A DNA stretch of 64,000 bases from Escherichia phage vB_EcoM_JS09. The position numbers and the translations under genes are program-made. Below, in pieces: positions 53,495 to 61,897 of the stretch. How positions within the stretch are numbered: the first letter of the stretch is position 1; each line of letters begins with the position of its first letter. The stretch is from the sequence record NC_024124.2; one strand, 5' to 3'. The notes under the pieces were generated by a model that saw nothing but the letters and a program-made list of their open reading frames with translations, made no database searches and was not told where the DNA came from.

Positions 53495-53890
53495 TCTAAT
53501 ATCAATAAACTTTATTCAGATATCGACCCAGAAATGCGTATGGATTGGAACAAGGACGTTGCTCGTTCTGTAGGACTTCGTTCTATTAAAAATAGTCTTC
53601 TTGGCATAGTGACAACTAGAAAAGGCTCACGCCCATTCGACCCTGAATTTGGATGCGATTTGGTCGACGAACTTTTCGAGAACATGACACCACTTACAGC
53701 CGATACGATTGAGCGTAATATCCAGGCAGCCGTCCGTAACTATGAGCCACGCATCGACAAACTTTCTGTAAGTGTAACGCCAGTATATGATGACTATACG
53801 GTTATAGTAGAGATTAGATTTTCGGTCGTAGACAACCCTGACGATATTGAACAAATTAAACTTCAGTTAGCGTCAAGCAATAGAGTATAA
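53492..53890 (+). CDS. 25: gp25 baseplate wedge subunit
   Basis: 132-aa ORF (T4 gp25 132 aa); structured split-SD initiation region. Confidence 0.85.
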   Translation: MSNINKLYSDIDPEMRMDWNKDVARSVGLRSIKNSLLGIVTTRKGSRPFDPEFGCDLVDELFENMTPLTADTIERNIQAAVRNYEPRIDKLSVSVTPVYDDYTVIVEIRFSVVDNPDDIEQIKLQLASSNRV

Positions 53891-53915
53891 TGCTTCAAGG
53901 CAACCTATGTATAAT
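53891..53915 (+). promoter_or_regulatory. MotA-dependent middle promoter (uvsY)
   Basis: MotA box TGCTTCA (53891..53897), 12-bp spacer, TATAAT (53910..53915); T4 uvsY is a known middle gene. Confidence 0.6.
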
Positions 53916-53970
53916 GGTTTTAGGTCCTTCCGATACAGCCGGGAGATTATTAGTTAAAAGAGAGAACATT

Positions 53971-54384
53971 ATGAAGCTGGAAGATTTACAGGAAGAGTTA
54001 GACGCAGACTTAGTTATTGATATGACAAAGTTGCAATATGAGACGGCGAATAATGTTAAGTTATACAGCAAATGGCTACGTAAGCACTCATTTATTCGTA
54101 AAGAAATGTTGCGTATAGAGACTCAGAAGAAAACTGCTCTAAAAGCAAGATTAGACTACTACTCGGGACGAGGTGACGGTGATGAATTTAGTATGGACCG
54201 ATACGAGAAATCTGAAATGAAAACTGTCCTGGCTGCAGATAAAGATGTGCTTAAAATAGAGACTACTTTACAATACTGGGGAATTTTACTTGAGTTCTGT
54301 AGTGGTGCACTTGACGCAGTTAAGTCTCGTAGTTTTGCGCTTAAACATATCCAGGATATGCGAGAATTTGAAGCGGGGCAATAA
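53971..54384 (+). CDS. uvsY: UvsY recombination mediator
   Basis: Internal ATG (MKLEDL...) gives 137 aa as in T4; MotA-box middle promoter upstream. Confidence 0.85.
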   Translation: MKLEDLQEELDADLVIDMTKLQYETANNVKLYSKWLRKHSFIRKEMLRIETQKKTALKARLDYYSGRGDGDEFSMDRYEKSEMKTVLAADKDVLKIETTLQYWGILLEFCSGALDAVKSRSFALKHIQDMREFEAGQ

Positions 54385-54608
54385 TGCGTTATTCAATTGA
54401 AGATGCCTTTAATAATGATGAAGAATTTGAAACTGAAATTAAATTCTTAATGGAAAAGTATCGTCTACGTCGTCAGGATATTCGTATTCTGGCAGACCAC
54501 CCTTGTGGCGAAGACGTCCTTTATATTAAAGGGAAGTTTGCTGGGTACATCGACGAGTATTTTTATACAAAAGATATGGGTATCGATATGTGCATGCGAA
54601 TGGTATAA
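54384..54608 (+). CDS. hypothetical protein (uvsY.-1 position)
   Basis: 74-aa ORF coupled to uvsY. Confidence 0.5.
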   Translation: MRYSIEDAFNNDEEFETEIKFLMEKYRLRRQDIRILADHPCGEDVLYIKGKFAGYIDEYFYTKDMGIDMCMRMV

Positions 54609-54611
54609 ATA
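54604..54611 (+). promoter_or_regulatory. late promoter TATAAATA
   Basis: Exact match about 30 nt upstream of the 54641 small ORF. Confidence 0.45.
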
Positions 54612-54640
54612 GATATGTAATTTCAACTTAGGAGGCAATC

Positions 54641-54808
54641 ATGTCAGATAAGATTTGTGTTGTCTGTAAAACTCCAATCGATTCTGCATTGGTTGTTGAA
54701 ACAGACAAAGGTCCAGCACATCCTGGTCCTTGTTATAATTATGTCCAACAAATGCCGGTTTCAGAAAGTTCAGAAGAGCAATTGAACGAAACCCAACTTT
54801 TACTATAG
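54641..54808 (+). CDS. hypothetical small protein (55 aa; uvsY.-2 position)
   Basis: Below the track threshold; found by eye: AGGAGG SD 5 nt upstream; contains a CxxC pair and a second Cys. Confidence 0.4.
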   Translation: MSDKICVVCKTPIDSALVVETDKGPAHPGPCYNYVQQMPVSESSEEQLNETQLLL

Positions 54809-54812
54809 TGTT

Positions 54813-54862
54813 ACCTTTTTGCCTATGGTTTTGGCCCTTCCAAAAAGGTCGGGCCTTTTTTT
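54813..54862. terminator. convergent-gene terminator region (nested inverted repeats)
   Basis: ACCTTTTTG (54813..54821) / CAAAAAGGT (54841..54849) and GGCCC / GGGCC followed by TTTTTTT. Confidence 0.5.
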
Positions 54863-54864
54863 AA

Positions 54865-55098
54865 TTAGAAGTCTTCTTCCTCATCCTCATCATCGTCGCC
54901 TTCAAGTTCGGCACGCTTACCTGCTAAGGCATCCCTGACAGAAATATCATCTGTATCTTTTAATTCCGTTTCTTTTATACGTTTCTTATAATAAGCTTCC
55001 AATTCTTCAAGCCCTTCTAAGGTATGACAACTAGCAATTTTGCCCATGAATTCGTCAATAGATGCTTCGTATAAAAATTGTTTAAATTCAAGTACCAT
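54865..55098 (-). CDS. uvsW.1: UvsW.1 helicase accessory protein
   Basis: 77-aa ORF immediately downstream of uvsW; acidic C-terminus. Confidence 0.6.
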   Translation of the reverse strand: MVLEFKQFLYEASIDEFMGKIASCHTLEGLEELEAYYKKRIKETELKDTDDISVRDALAGKRAELEGDDDEDEEEDF

Positions 55099-55110
55099 TT
55101 TTATCTCCTA

Positions 55111-55124
55111 AGGGCCGAAGCCCT
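55111..55124 (-). other. UUCG hairpin between uvsW and uvsW.1
   Basis: Minus strand AGGGC-UUCG-GCCCU just upstream of the uvsW.1 SD AGGAG. Confidence 0.5.
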
Positions 55125-56638
55125 TATAAATTAATTGTTTTCATTACATAGTTAAATTTCTCATCAGCGTAACGTTGGATACGATCAATACCGTGTTTTA
55201 ACAAGTAATTAAGATGAGTATACTTCTTTTTAGTATTTAATGATTTAGGTTTTACACCTGCGTCATCGATGAGATCCCAAACTGTAGCAACAGCTTTAGA
55301 ACCATGCTTACGAAGCACGCGACCTACGGTTTGAAGTACGATAATTTTTGATTTAACACCATGAGCAAAAATAACATGATGAAGATTCTTGACTGAAATA
55401 CCAGTAGAGAATACTCCGTATGATGCGACAATAATAATGCCTTTACCATTTTCTGCCATGACTTTAAGCGCGTTACGTGTTTCAGTATCAACTTCGCCTG
55501 ATACGTAATAAACTTTTTCGTATCCAAGCTCTTTAATAGCTTCAAATATTTCTTTACCGTGTGTAACGTGTTTAAACATTACAAAGGCGTTCTCGTCTTT
55601 CTTAGCCAATTTGACTGAAAGTTGAGCAATCCACTTTGTACGTCGTTTTAGTCCGGTAATAATTTTAACTTCTTCTTGGTATGTTTTACCTTTTAATTTA
55701 ACGGTGAATTCGTCCGGATAACGAAGGAAAATACTATTAATCTTAAGCTCAGTTACCTGTCCGTCTTCCATTAATTTAGACGTGCTAACAGGACGGAAGA
55801 TTTCGCCGAACATACCTACGTACTGCATTACATTGGCTTTTCCGTCTCTTAATGAGCCAGATAAACCGAATTTAAACATGCAATTATTTAATCCTGAGAT
55901 GATTGAAGAAATACTTTTGCCTGTTGCTAAGTGGCATTCATCGTTCATCATCATACCGAACTGAGAGAACCATTCTTTAGGCTGCTTAACTACCGTTTGC
56001 CATGTGCCAACAATAATTGGAGCGTCATTTTTAGATTTGTCCGCTTTATCAGCGCCACCGCCAATTTTCTTAATCATCGAATGACTAAACAAGCGATAAT
56101 CAACAAAATCATTAGCCATCTGGGTTGTCAATGCTGTTGTAGGGACGATAATGAGAATTTTACCTTCATAGTTCTCTAGATAATACCGAGCTAAAAGTGC
56201 TTGGATTAGTGATTTACCTGCTGATGTCGGAAGGTTTAAAATTCGACGACGATTAACTAGTCCTTCATATACTGCATCTTTTTGATACCAATGCGGTTCG
56301 ATTTTGGCGTTGCCTGAATAAATTTCTTGTTTAGAAAGCCATGCGTCAAAATCTTCCCTGGTAAGGTCTTCGGTCTCAAAGATTTTAGGGTCAATCCATA
56401 CAGAATAACTCATATTGTTACAGAACTTTTTTATTTGTCCTACAAGTCCATATGGTAACAAACGGTTGTAATCTAAAAGTCGAATTCTACCATCCCATTG
56501 CCCATAGCGATATTTTGGGTTAAATTTATACCCGTCAGCTTCAAAGCTAAAAAAGTCACGAAGTTCGTAAAACGTACTTTCGTCGCATTCAATGCGCACG
56601 TGACTAAAATCATAAAAATGTACTTTAATGTCAGTCAT
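55124..56638 (-). CDS. uvsW: UvsW DNA/RNA helicase (SF2)
   Basis: 504-aa ORF matching recalled T4 UvsW; helicase motifs LPTSAGKS and DECH. Confidence 0.9.
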   Translation of the reverse strand: MTDIKVHFYDFSHVRIECDESTFYELRDFFSFEADGYKFNPKYRYGQWDGRIRLLDYNRLLPYGLVGQIKKFCNNMSYSVWIDPKIFETEDLTREDFDAWLSKQEIYSGNAKIEPHWYQKDAVYEGLVNRRRILNLPTSAGKSLIQALLARYYLENYEGKILIIVPTTALTTQMANDFVDYRLFSHSMIKKIGGGADKADKSKNDAPIIVGTWQTVVKQPKEWFSQFGMMMNDECHLATGKSISSIISGLNNCMFKFGLSGSLRDGKANVMQYVGMFGEIFRPVSTSKLMEDGQVTELKINSIFLRYPDEFTVKLKGKTYQEEVKIITGLKRRTKWIAQLSVKLAKKDENAFVMFKHVTHGKEIFEAIKELGYEKVYYVSGEVDTETRNALKVMAENGKGIIIVASYGVFSTGISVKNLHHVIFAHGVKSKIIVLQTVGRVLRKHGSKAVATVWDLIDDAGVKPKSLNTKKKYTHLNYLLKHGIDRIQRYADEKFNYVMKTINL

Positions 56639-56688
56639 GTCAAATTACCATGTAATAAATATAATTATATTTATAATGAGGAAATATC

Positions 56689-57357
56689 ATGATCGATAAA
56701 GACTATATTGAAGAGTTACGTGCTCTTTCTGATAAAAAGGAAGCCAAAGCTAAACTGTTTGAATATGCGGAACAATTTGGCATTAGTGTTAAGAAATCAA
56801 AATCATTCGATAATATTGTTATTGATATCGAAGAAGCTCTTAACGCACTGGCTGATGAACCATTACCTGAAACTGATGGATTATCTATCACCGATTTAAT
56901 TACTGCCGCAGATGATGTAGACGGTGTTAATTTCACCAACGAAGAAGTTAAAGAAGAAGCTATTCTTTTGTTTGATTCTCCAACAGAACAAGTTGAAGTA
57001 TTAGAAGTTGTCGAACAAGAAAAAGAATTCGACCATGATAAATTCGAAGAAGCAATTACTCAGGTTGTTGAATCTGAAAAAGAGCCTGAGGCAGAGGTAA
57101 ATAAAGAAGTAAAATTTGTTCTGCCTGAAAATTTTAGTCCTACACTCATTAAATTAGGCAAAGGCCCAGGATATGTTACTGTTCCTTGGTGGATTTATCA
57201 ATGGATAGCCGAAACCCCAGATTGGAAATCTCGCCCAACTAGTTTTGTGCATGCTTCTGCTCACCAAACATTATTTAGCTTAATTTATTATATTAATCGC
57301 GATGGATCAGTTCTAATTCGTGAAACTCGTAATTCTTCTTTCGTAACATTAAAATAA
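56689..57357 (+). CDS. inh: Inh-like protein (inhibitor of prohead protease) by position
   Basis: 222-aa acidic ORF between uvsW and hoc as in T4 (Inh about 226 aa); sequence not independently recognised. Confidence 0.5.
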   Translation: MIDKDYIEELRALSDKKEAKAKLFEYAEQFGISVKKSKSFDNIVIDIEEALNALADEPLPETDGLSITDLITAADDVDGVNFTNEEVKEEAILLFDSPTEQVEVLEVVEQEKEFDHDKFEEAITQVVESEKEPEAEVNKEVKFVLPENFSPTLIKLGKGPGYVTVPWWIYQWIAETPDWKSRPTSFVHASAHQTLFSLIYYINRDGSVLIRETRNSSFVTLK

Positions 57358-57366
57358 GGATAACTT

Positions 57367-58497
57367 ATGGCTTTTACAGTTGATATAACTCCTAAAACAC
57401 CTACTGGAGTTATAGATGAGACTAAGCAGTTTACTGCTACTCCCAGTGGTGAAACTGGAGGTGGAACTATTACATATGCTTGGACTGTAGATGATGTTCC
57501 ACAAGATGGAGCTGAAGCAACTTTTAGTTATGTACTAAAAGGACCTGCCGGTCAAAAGACTATTAAAGTAGTTGCAACAAATACAGTTCCAGAAGCTGAA
57601 GCTGAAACAGCAGAAGCTTCTACAACTATCACAGTTCAAAACAAGACACAAACGACTACCTTAGCTGTAACTCCCAATAGTCCTTCAGCCGGAGTAATTG
57701 GAACCCCAGTTCAATTTACTGCTGCCTTAGCTTCTCAACCGGTTGGAGCGTCTGCTACGTATCAGTGGTATGTAGATGATTCACAGGTTGGTGGAGAAAC
57801 TAACTCTACATTTAGCTATACTCCGACTACAAGTGGAGTAAAAAGAATTAAATGTGTAGCCCAAGTAACCGCGACAGATTATGATGCAAAGGAAGTTACT
57901 TCGAATGAAGTATCATTAACGGTTAATAAGAAGACAATGAATCCACAGATTACATTGACTCCTCCTTCTATTAATGTTCAACAAGATGCTTCGGCTACAT
58001 TTACTGCTAATGTTACTGGCGCACCTGCCGCAGCACAAATTACTTACTCGTGGAAGAAAGATTCTTCTCCTGTAGAAGGGTCAACTAATGTATATACTGT
58101 TGATACTTCATCTATTGGAAGTCAAACTATTGAAGTTACTGCAACTATTACTGCAACTGATTACGATAGCAAAACTATTACAGCAGAAGGTCAAGTTCAG
58201 GTAACTGATAAAGTTGCTCCAGAACCAGAAGGTGAACTACCTTATGTTCATCCTCTTCCACATCGTACTTCAGCTTACATCTGGTGCGGATGGTGGGTTA
58301 TGGATGAAATCCAAAAAATGGCCGAAGAAGGTAAAGATTGGAAAACTGAAGATCCAGATAGTAAGTACTACTTGCATCGTTACACACTTCAGAAGATGAT
58401 GAAAGACTATCCAGAAGTTGATGTTCAAGAATCACGTAATGGATACATCATCCATAAAACTGCTTTGGAAACTGGTATCATCTATACATATCCATAA
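57367..58497 (+). CDS. hoc: Hoc outer capsid decoration protein
   Basis: 376-aa ORF nearly identical to recalled T4 Hoc. Confidence 0.85.
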   Translation: MAFTVDITPKTPTGVIDETKQFTATPSGETGGGTITYAWTVDDVPQDGAEATFSYVLKGPAGQKTIKVVATNTVPEAEAETAEASTTITVQNKTQTTTLAVTPNSPSAGVIGTPVQFTAALASQPVGASATYQWYVDDSQVGGETNSTFSYTPTTSGVKRIKCVAQVTATDYDAKEVTSNEVSLTVNKKTMNPQITLTPPSINVQQDASATFTANVTGAPAAAQITYSWKKDSSPVEGSTNVYTVDTSSIGSQTIEVTATITATDYDSKTITAEGQVQVTDKVAPEPEGELPYVHPLPHRTSAYIWCGWWVMDEIQKMAEEGKDWKTEDPDSKYYLHRYTLQKMMKDYPEVDVQESRNGYIIHKTALETGIIYTYP

Positions 58498-58503
58498 TCG
58501 TAA

Positions 58504-58530
58504 GGGGCTTCGGCCCCTTTCTTCGTTTTT
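58504..58530 (+). terminator. rho-independent terminator after hoc
   Basis: GGGGC-TTCG-GCCCC + TTTCTTCGTTTTT. Confidence 0.7.
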
Positions 58531-58598
58531 AAAGCATACAAAACACAACCTGGGATTGATGTATATAATGGCACAAACCAAATAATACGGGATTGATT

Positions 58599-58793
58599 AT
58601 GAGAGCTGAAGTTGAAGTTTATACATTACATGAGGCGGGATTTTCATTCGTAGAAATTGCTCAAAAAATTGGTTTACAACCTAAAGAAGTTGGATTACTA
58701 TGGACTAAAGCCGAGACAGCTCGGTCAAAGTTTAAAGCAAAAGAAAAAGTTGTATACCGTAAACGTTTGATTAACAAAAAGGTGAAGAAATGA
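58599..58793 (+). CDS. hypothetical small protein with HTH-like segment
   Basis: Track start 58593 is TTG; ATG at 58599; GFSFVEIAQKIGLQPKEVG resembles a helix-turn-helix. Confidence 0.45.
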   Translation: MRAEVEVYTLHEAGFSFVEIAQKIGLQPKEVGLLWTKAETARSKFKAKEKVVYRKRLINKKVKK

Positions 58794-59041
58794 GTTTTGC
58801 ACAGGAATTAAGAGAAAGGGCTCTGGCCACTAAAGCTAATTTGTTGAGTGATTTTATTACTAACTTCTCTGTGATGGCAGAGAAAGCCGCTGATAAAGGC
58901 CAGACACAATTCACGTACTACCCGTCAAAGAATGATTTAACTATCACTGAGCAAGTCGGGCAGTGGTTACGTGATAATGGCTTTCAGTATAAAATTAATC
59001 ACGACCAGCGTGATGGTCATTGGATAGAAATCAAGTTCTAA
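58790..59041 (+). CDS. hypothetical protein
   Basis: 83-aa ORF, ATGA-coupled. Confidence 0.5.
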   Translation: MSFAQELRERALATKANLLSDFITNFSVMAEKAADKGQTQFTYYPSKNDLTITEQVGQWLRDNGFQYKINHDQRDGHWIEIKF

Positions 59042-59043
59042 TA

Positions 59044-59069
59044 TGCTTTACATTTTTTGATGGTATAAT
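59044..59069 (+). promoter_or_regulatory. MotA-dependent middle promoter (rnlB region)
   Basis: MotA box TGCTTTA (59044..59050), 13-bp spacer, TGGTATAAT. Confidence 0.5.
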
Positions 59070-59160
59070 GAATCTAGGTTCTATCCATTCAAATTAAACA
59101 TTGGGCCAGAGATAGAGTCTCTGCTAATTATTTTGATATTATTATTTATAATGGTGATTT

Positions 59161-59880
59161 ATGTTTAAGAAATACAGCAGTCTTGAAAACCACTACAACT
59201 CTAAGTTTATTGAAAAACTCTACACTAATGGTTTGACTACCGGTGTTTGGGTAGCACGTGAGAAAATCCATGGGACCAACTTCTCGTTAATAATTGAACG
59301 TGACAACGTCACATGCGCCAAGCGCACAGGCCCTATTCTTCCAGCAGAAGATTTTTATGGTTATGAAATCGTACTCAAGAAGTATGATAAAGCTATTAAA
59401 GCCGTTCAGGAATTCATGTACACAGCTCGAGCCGTATCATATCAAGTATTCGGTGAATTCGCTGGTGGTGGAATCCAGAAAGGTGTTGACTACGGTGAAA
59501 AAGATTTTTACGTGTTCGATATCCTTATCAATACAGAAAGTGGTGATAATACATATTTGACCGATTACGAAATGCAAGATTTCTGTAATGAATTCGGTTT
59601 TAAAATGGCACCAATGCTCGGTCGTGGAACATTCGATGCTCTTATCACGATTCCAAACGACCTTGATTCTGTCTTAGCCGCTTATAATGCTACTGCGTCA
59701 GAAGATCTTGTAGAAGCAAATAATTGTGTATTTGACGCTAATGTTATTGGTGATAATACTGCCGAAGGTTATGTTCTGAAGCCTTGTTTCCCTAAATGGC
59801 TGCCAAACGGTACTCGTGTAGCTATTAAGTGCAAGAACTCTAAATTCAGTGAAAAGAAAAAGTCTGATAAAGCCTATTAA
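59161..59880 (+). CDS. rnlB: RNA ligase 2 N-terminal fragment, truncated by a +1 frameshift
   Basis: 239-aa ORF matching recalled T4 Rnl2 residues 1 to about 237 ([15 protein letters not shown]); ends at TAA 59878..59880 where T4 continues. Confidence 0.6.
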   Translation: MFKKYSSLENHYNSKFIEKLYTNGLTTGVWVAREKIHGTNFSLIIERDNVTCAKRTGPILPAEDFYGYEIVLKKYDKAIKAVQEFMYTARAVSYQVFGEFAGGGIQKGVDYGEKDFYVFDILINTESGDNTYLTDYEMQDFCNEFGFKMAPMLGRGTFDALITIPNDLDSVLAAYNATASEDLVEANNCVFDANVIGDNTAEGYVLKPCFPKWLPNGTRVAIKCKNSKFSEKKKSDKAY

Positions 59881-60160
59881 AACTCAGGTTCCATTAACCG
59901 AAATTGACAAAAACTTGCTTGATGTTCTAGCTTGTTATGTTACATTAAATCGTGTTAATAATGTGATTTCTAAGATTGGGACTGTAACGCCAAAAGATTT
60001 TGGCAAAGTGATGGGATTGACTGTTCAAGATATTCTGGAAGAAACTTCTCGTGAAGGTATTGTATTAACAACATCTGATAATCCGAATCTTGTTAAGAAA
60101 GAATTAGTCCGAATGGTGCAAGATGTTCTGCGTCCTGCATGGATTGAATTAGTATCATAA
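59849..60160 (+). CDS. rnlB: RNA ligase 2 C-terminal fragment in the +1 frame
   Basis: From codon 59873 this frame encodes [14 protein letters not shown]...RPAWIELVS, matching the recalled T4 Rnl2 C-terminal domain; the track start is GTG at 59849. Confidence 0.55.
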   Translation: MKRKSLIKPIKTQVPLTEIDKNLLDVLACYVTLNRVNNVISKIGTVTPKDFGKVMGLTVQDILEETSREGIVLTTSDNPNLVKKELVRMVQDVLRPAWIELVS

Positions 60161-60162
60161 CG

Positions 60163-60192
60163 AAAAAAGGGACCTTACGGTCCCTTTTTTTT
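60163..60192. terminator. bidirectional terminator between rnlB (+) and gene 24 (-)
   Basis: AAAAAA-GGGACC-TTAC-GGTCCC-TTTTTTTT. Confidence 0.8.
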
Positions 60193-61474
60193 ATTCATCA
60201 ATGATAATTTTTGGTAGCTTAACACCGAGTAAAACAGACAAGTCTGAACGTCCTGCCATTTTATCCATGTCCCCGCCATCAATTATTCTCGCTTCTTTTT
60301 CATCTTTTGCTACTGTGTAAGGATTTGCTGATAAGGCATATCTAACCAATAATCCGATAGACGGTTGCAAGCTTTCTGGATCAACTACAACTTTAAAAGC
60401 ACCGACATGTTCCGGGTCATCTAAATCTACTCCTTCAGTGTATGGAGCATAAAAGATGGACCCTACAATTTCTTTTTCGCCGATATTTTCTACAACACCT
60501 ACAATAACATAATCTAACGGACTGTTGGTATCGCAGTAAAGAGGTAATCCATTTGCCAAGAATCCATAAGCATTTTGTGAAAGATACTTGTCATCTTCTG
60601 GCTTATGTTTTAACCAACCGGAAGCAGCAAGAATAGCAGCCGCACGAGCTGAGGCTACACAAAACGTTGCAGTATAAGTCGTCTCTTTTTGAATGTGCGA
60701 TACCATTTCACACACCATTCGATATAATGAACGACCTGCTTCTGGAGCGGATGCATAGCTCAAGTCAATAAATCCGGTATCGGTAATTCCAGTAACTTTA
60801 TAACGTTTCGATACAGTAATTAAAGACTGAAGAATATCTTTATTAATTTCATCAGCCATTTCAGTAGCAAGCAAATCTTCTAAGAAGTTAGGGGCATCAA
60901 ATCCATTCGCTTCCAAATCTTGCGCTAATTCGACCGTGAGGCCAGTTTTAAGTTTACGTGATTTGACTGAAGTTTGCCATTTATTAATCTGGAATCTTGC
61001 ATCAGAAATTTCGCTATCGGAGCTTTCAAATTTGCTTGTTACCGCTGCATCTGAAAATAACCGTACCTTTAAATGAACGACTGCAATCTGAAGAGCTAGT
61101 TCTAGATCACTTTCTTGAATATCTGCAAATGGTGTATCTTCTAACACTTTATAGACGATATTATTATATTTGAAAAAATCACCTTTATTTAGTGTGACTT
61201 TTGATTCTTCTGTTAGCTCAGTAATTTTTTCTCGGTCTACATATCCAACTTCACCCGCATAAGTAGCGCCAGTTTTAAATGTGAATTCGTTATCTGGGTT
61301 AAGATATTTGATACCATAAAAAGCAGCAACAGGTTGATTAGTTCTTTGTGTTGCTACAATGTCAGAATATATTAATTTAGTCGTAGCGCGAGTCAAAGCA
61401 ACGAGATTTGGGCGACCAATTGAGTTGCTAGTAGACGTTGTAGATTCACGCAATAATTTTTGGATTTTACTCAT
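60191..61474 (-). CDS. 24: gp24 head vertex protein
   Basis: 427-aa ORF (T4 gp24 427 aa); late promoter 61503..61510. Confidence 0.85.
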   Translation of the reverse strand: MSKIQKLLRESTTSTSNSIGRPNLVALTRATTKLIYSDIVATQRTNQPVAAFYGIKYLNPDNEFTFKTGATYAGEVGYVDREKITELTEESKVTLNKGDFFKYNNIVYKVLEDTPFADIQESDLELALQIAVVHLKVRLFSDAAVTSKFESSDSEISDARFQINKWQTSVKSRKLKTGLTVELAQDLEANGFDAPNFLEDLLATEMADEINKDILQSLITVSKRYKVTGITDTGFIDLSYASAPEAGRSLYRMVCEMVSHIQKETTYTATFCVASARAAAILAASGWLKHKPEDDKYLSQNAYGFLANGLPLYCDTNSPLDYVIVGVVENIGEKEIVGSIFYAPYTEGVDLDDPEHVGAFKVVVDPESLQPSIGLLVRYALSANPYTVAKDEKEARIIDGGDMDKMAGRSDLSVLLGVKLPKIIIDE

Positions 61475-61502
61475 TGCATTTTTTCCTTATGTGATATAGA
61501 TT

Positions 61503-61510
61503 ATTTATAA
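61503..61510 (-). promoter_or_regulatory. late promoter TATAAATA (gene 24)
   Basis: Plus strand TATTTATA 29 to 36 nt upstream of the gene 24 start. Confidence 0.6.
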
Positions 61511-61516
61511 AGATTG

Positions 61517-61545
61517 TTTACAACGTATTTGGTATGTGATACTAT
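61517..61545 (+). promoter_or_regulatory. early promoter
   Basis: TTTACA-N17-TACTAT with TG. Confidence 0.5.
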
Positions 61546-61575
61546 AGACTTATCAACTACAGAGGAGTAAACAAA

Positions 61576-61845
61576 ATGACTAAAGCACGTTTCTTACGAG
61601 ATACTTTAAAAGTTCTAGAAGCTGAAGCAGTTAAGTTAGTAGAAAAATATGGTGCAAAAGTTAATGGTAATGCCTTCAACAAAGTATGGATGAAAGTTGA
61701 TTCTGAAGCTCGAGCTAAAGGTTATTGGGCCACTGATAAACTTGCATCATTCAAAAACAAAGACGGTTCTCTAGCATATGTCCAAGAAGGTATGCCTAAT
61801 TGGCAAAATATTTTGAAAACTTACATCGAAATTGCACAGAAATAA
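61576..61845 (+). CDS. hypothetical protein
   Basis: 89-aa ORF with GAGGAG SD and early promoter 61517..61545; sits between genes 24 and 23. Confidence 0.5.
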   Translation: MTKARFLRDTLKVLEAEAVKLVEKYGAKVNGNAFNKVWMKVDSEARAKGYWATDKLASFKNKDGSLAYVQEGMPNWQNILKTYIEIAQK

Positions 61846-61855
61846 AACCAAAAAT

Positions 61856-61873
61856 GGGAGACCGAAGTCTCCC
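61856..61873 (-). terminator. terminator after gene 23 (UUCG hairpin on the minus strand)
   Basis: Minus strand GGGAGAC-UUCG-GUCUCCC followed by AUUUUU. Confidence 0.7.
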
Positions 61874-61897
61874 AAAATAAGATTTAATCAATTAAGA

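Noticed and set aside
59849-59872. GTG-initiated independent gene as the explanation for the second rnlB ORF
   Set aside because: The first 8 codons of this frame overlap the rnlB N-fragment and homology to the Rnl2 C-terminal domain begins only at 59873; a frameshift in one gene is the simpler explanation
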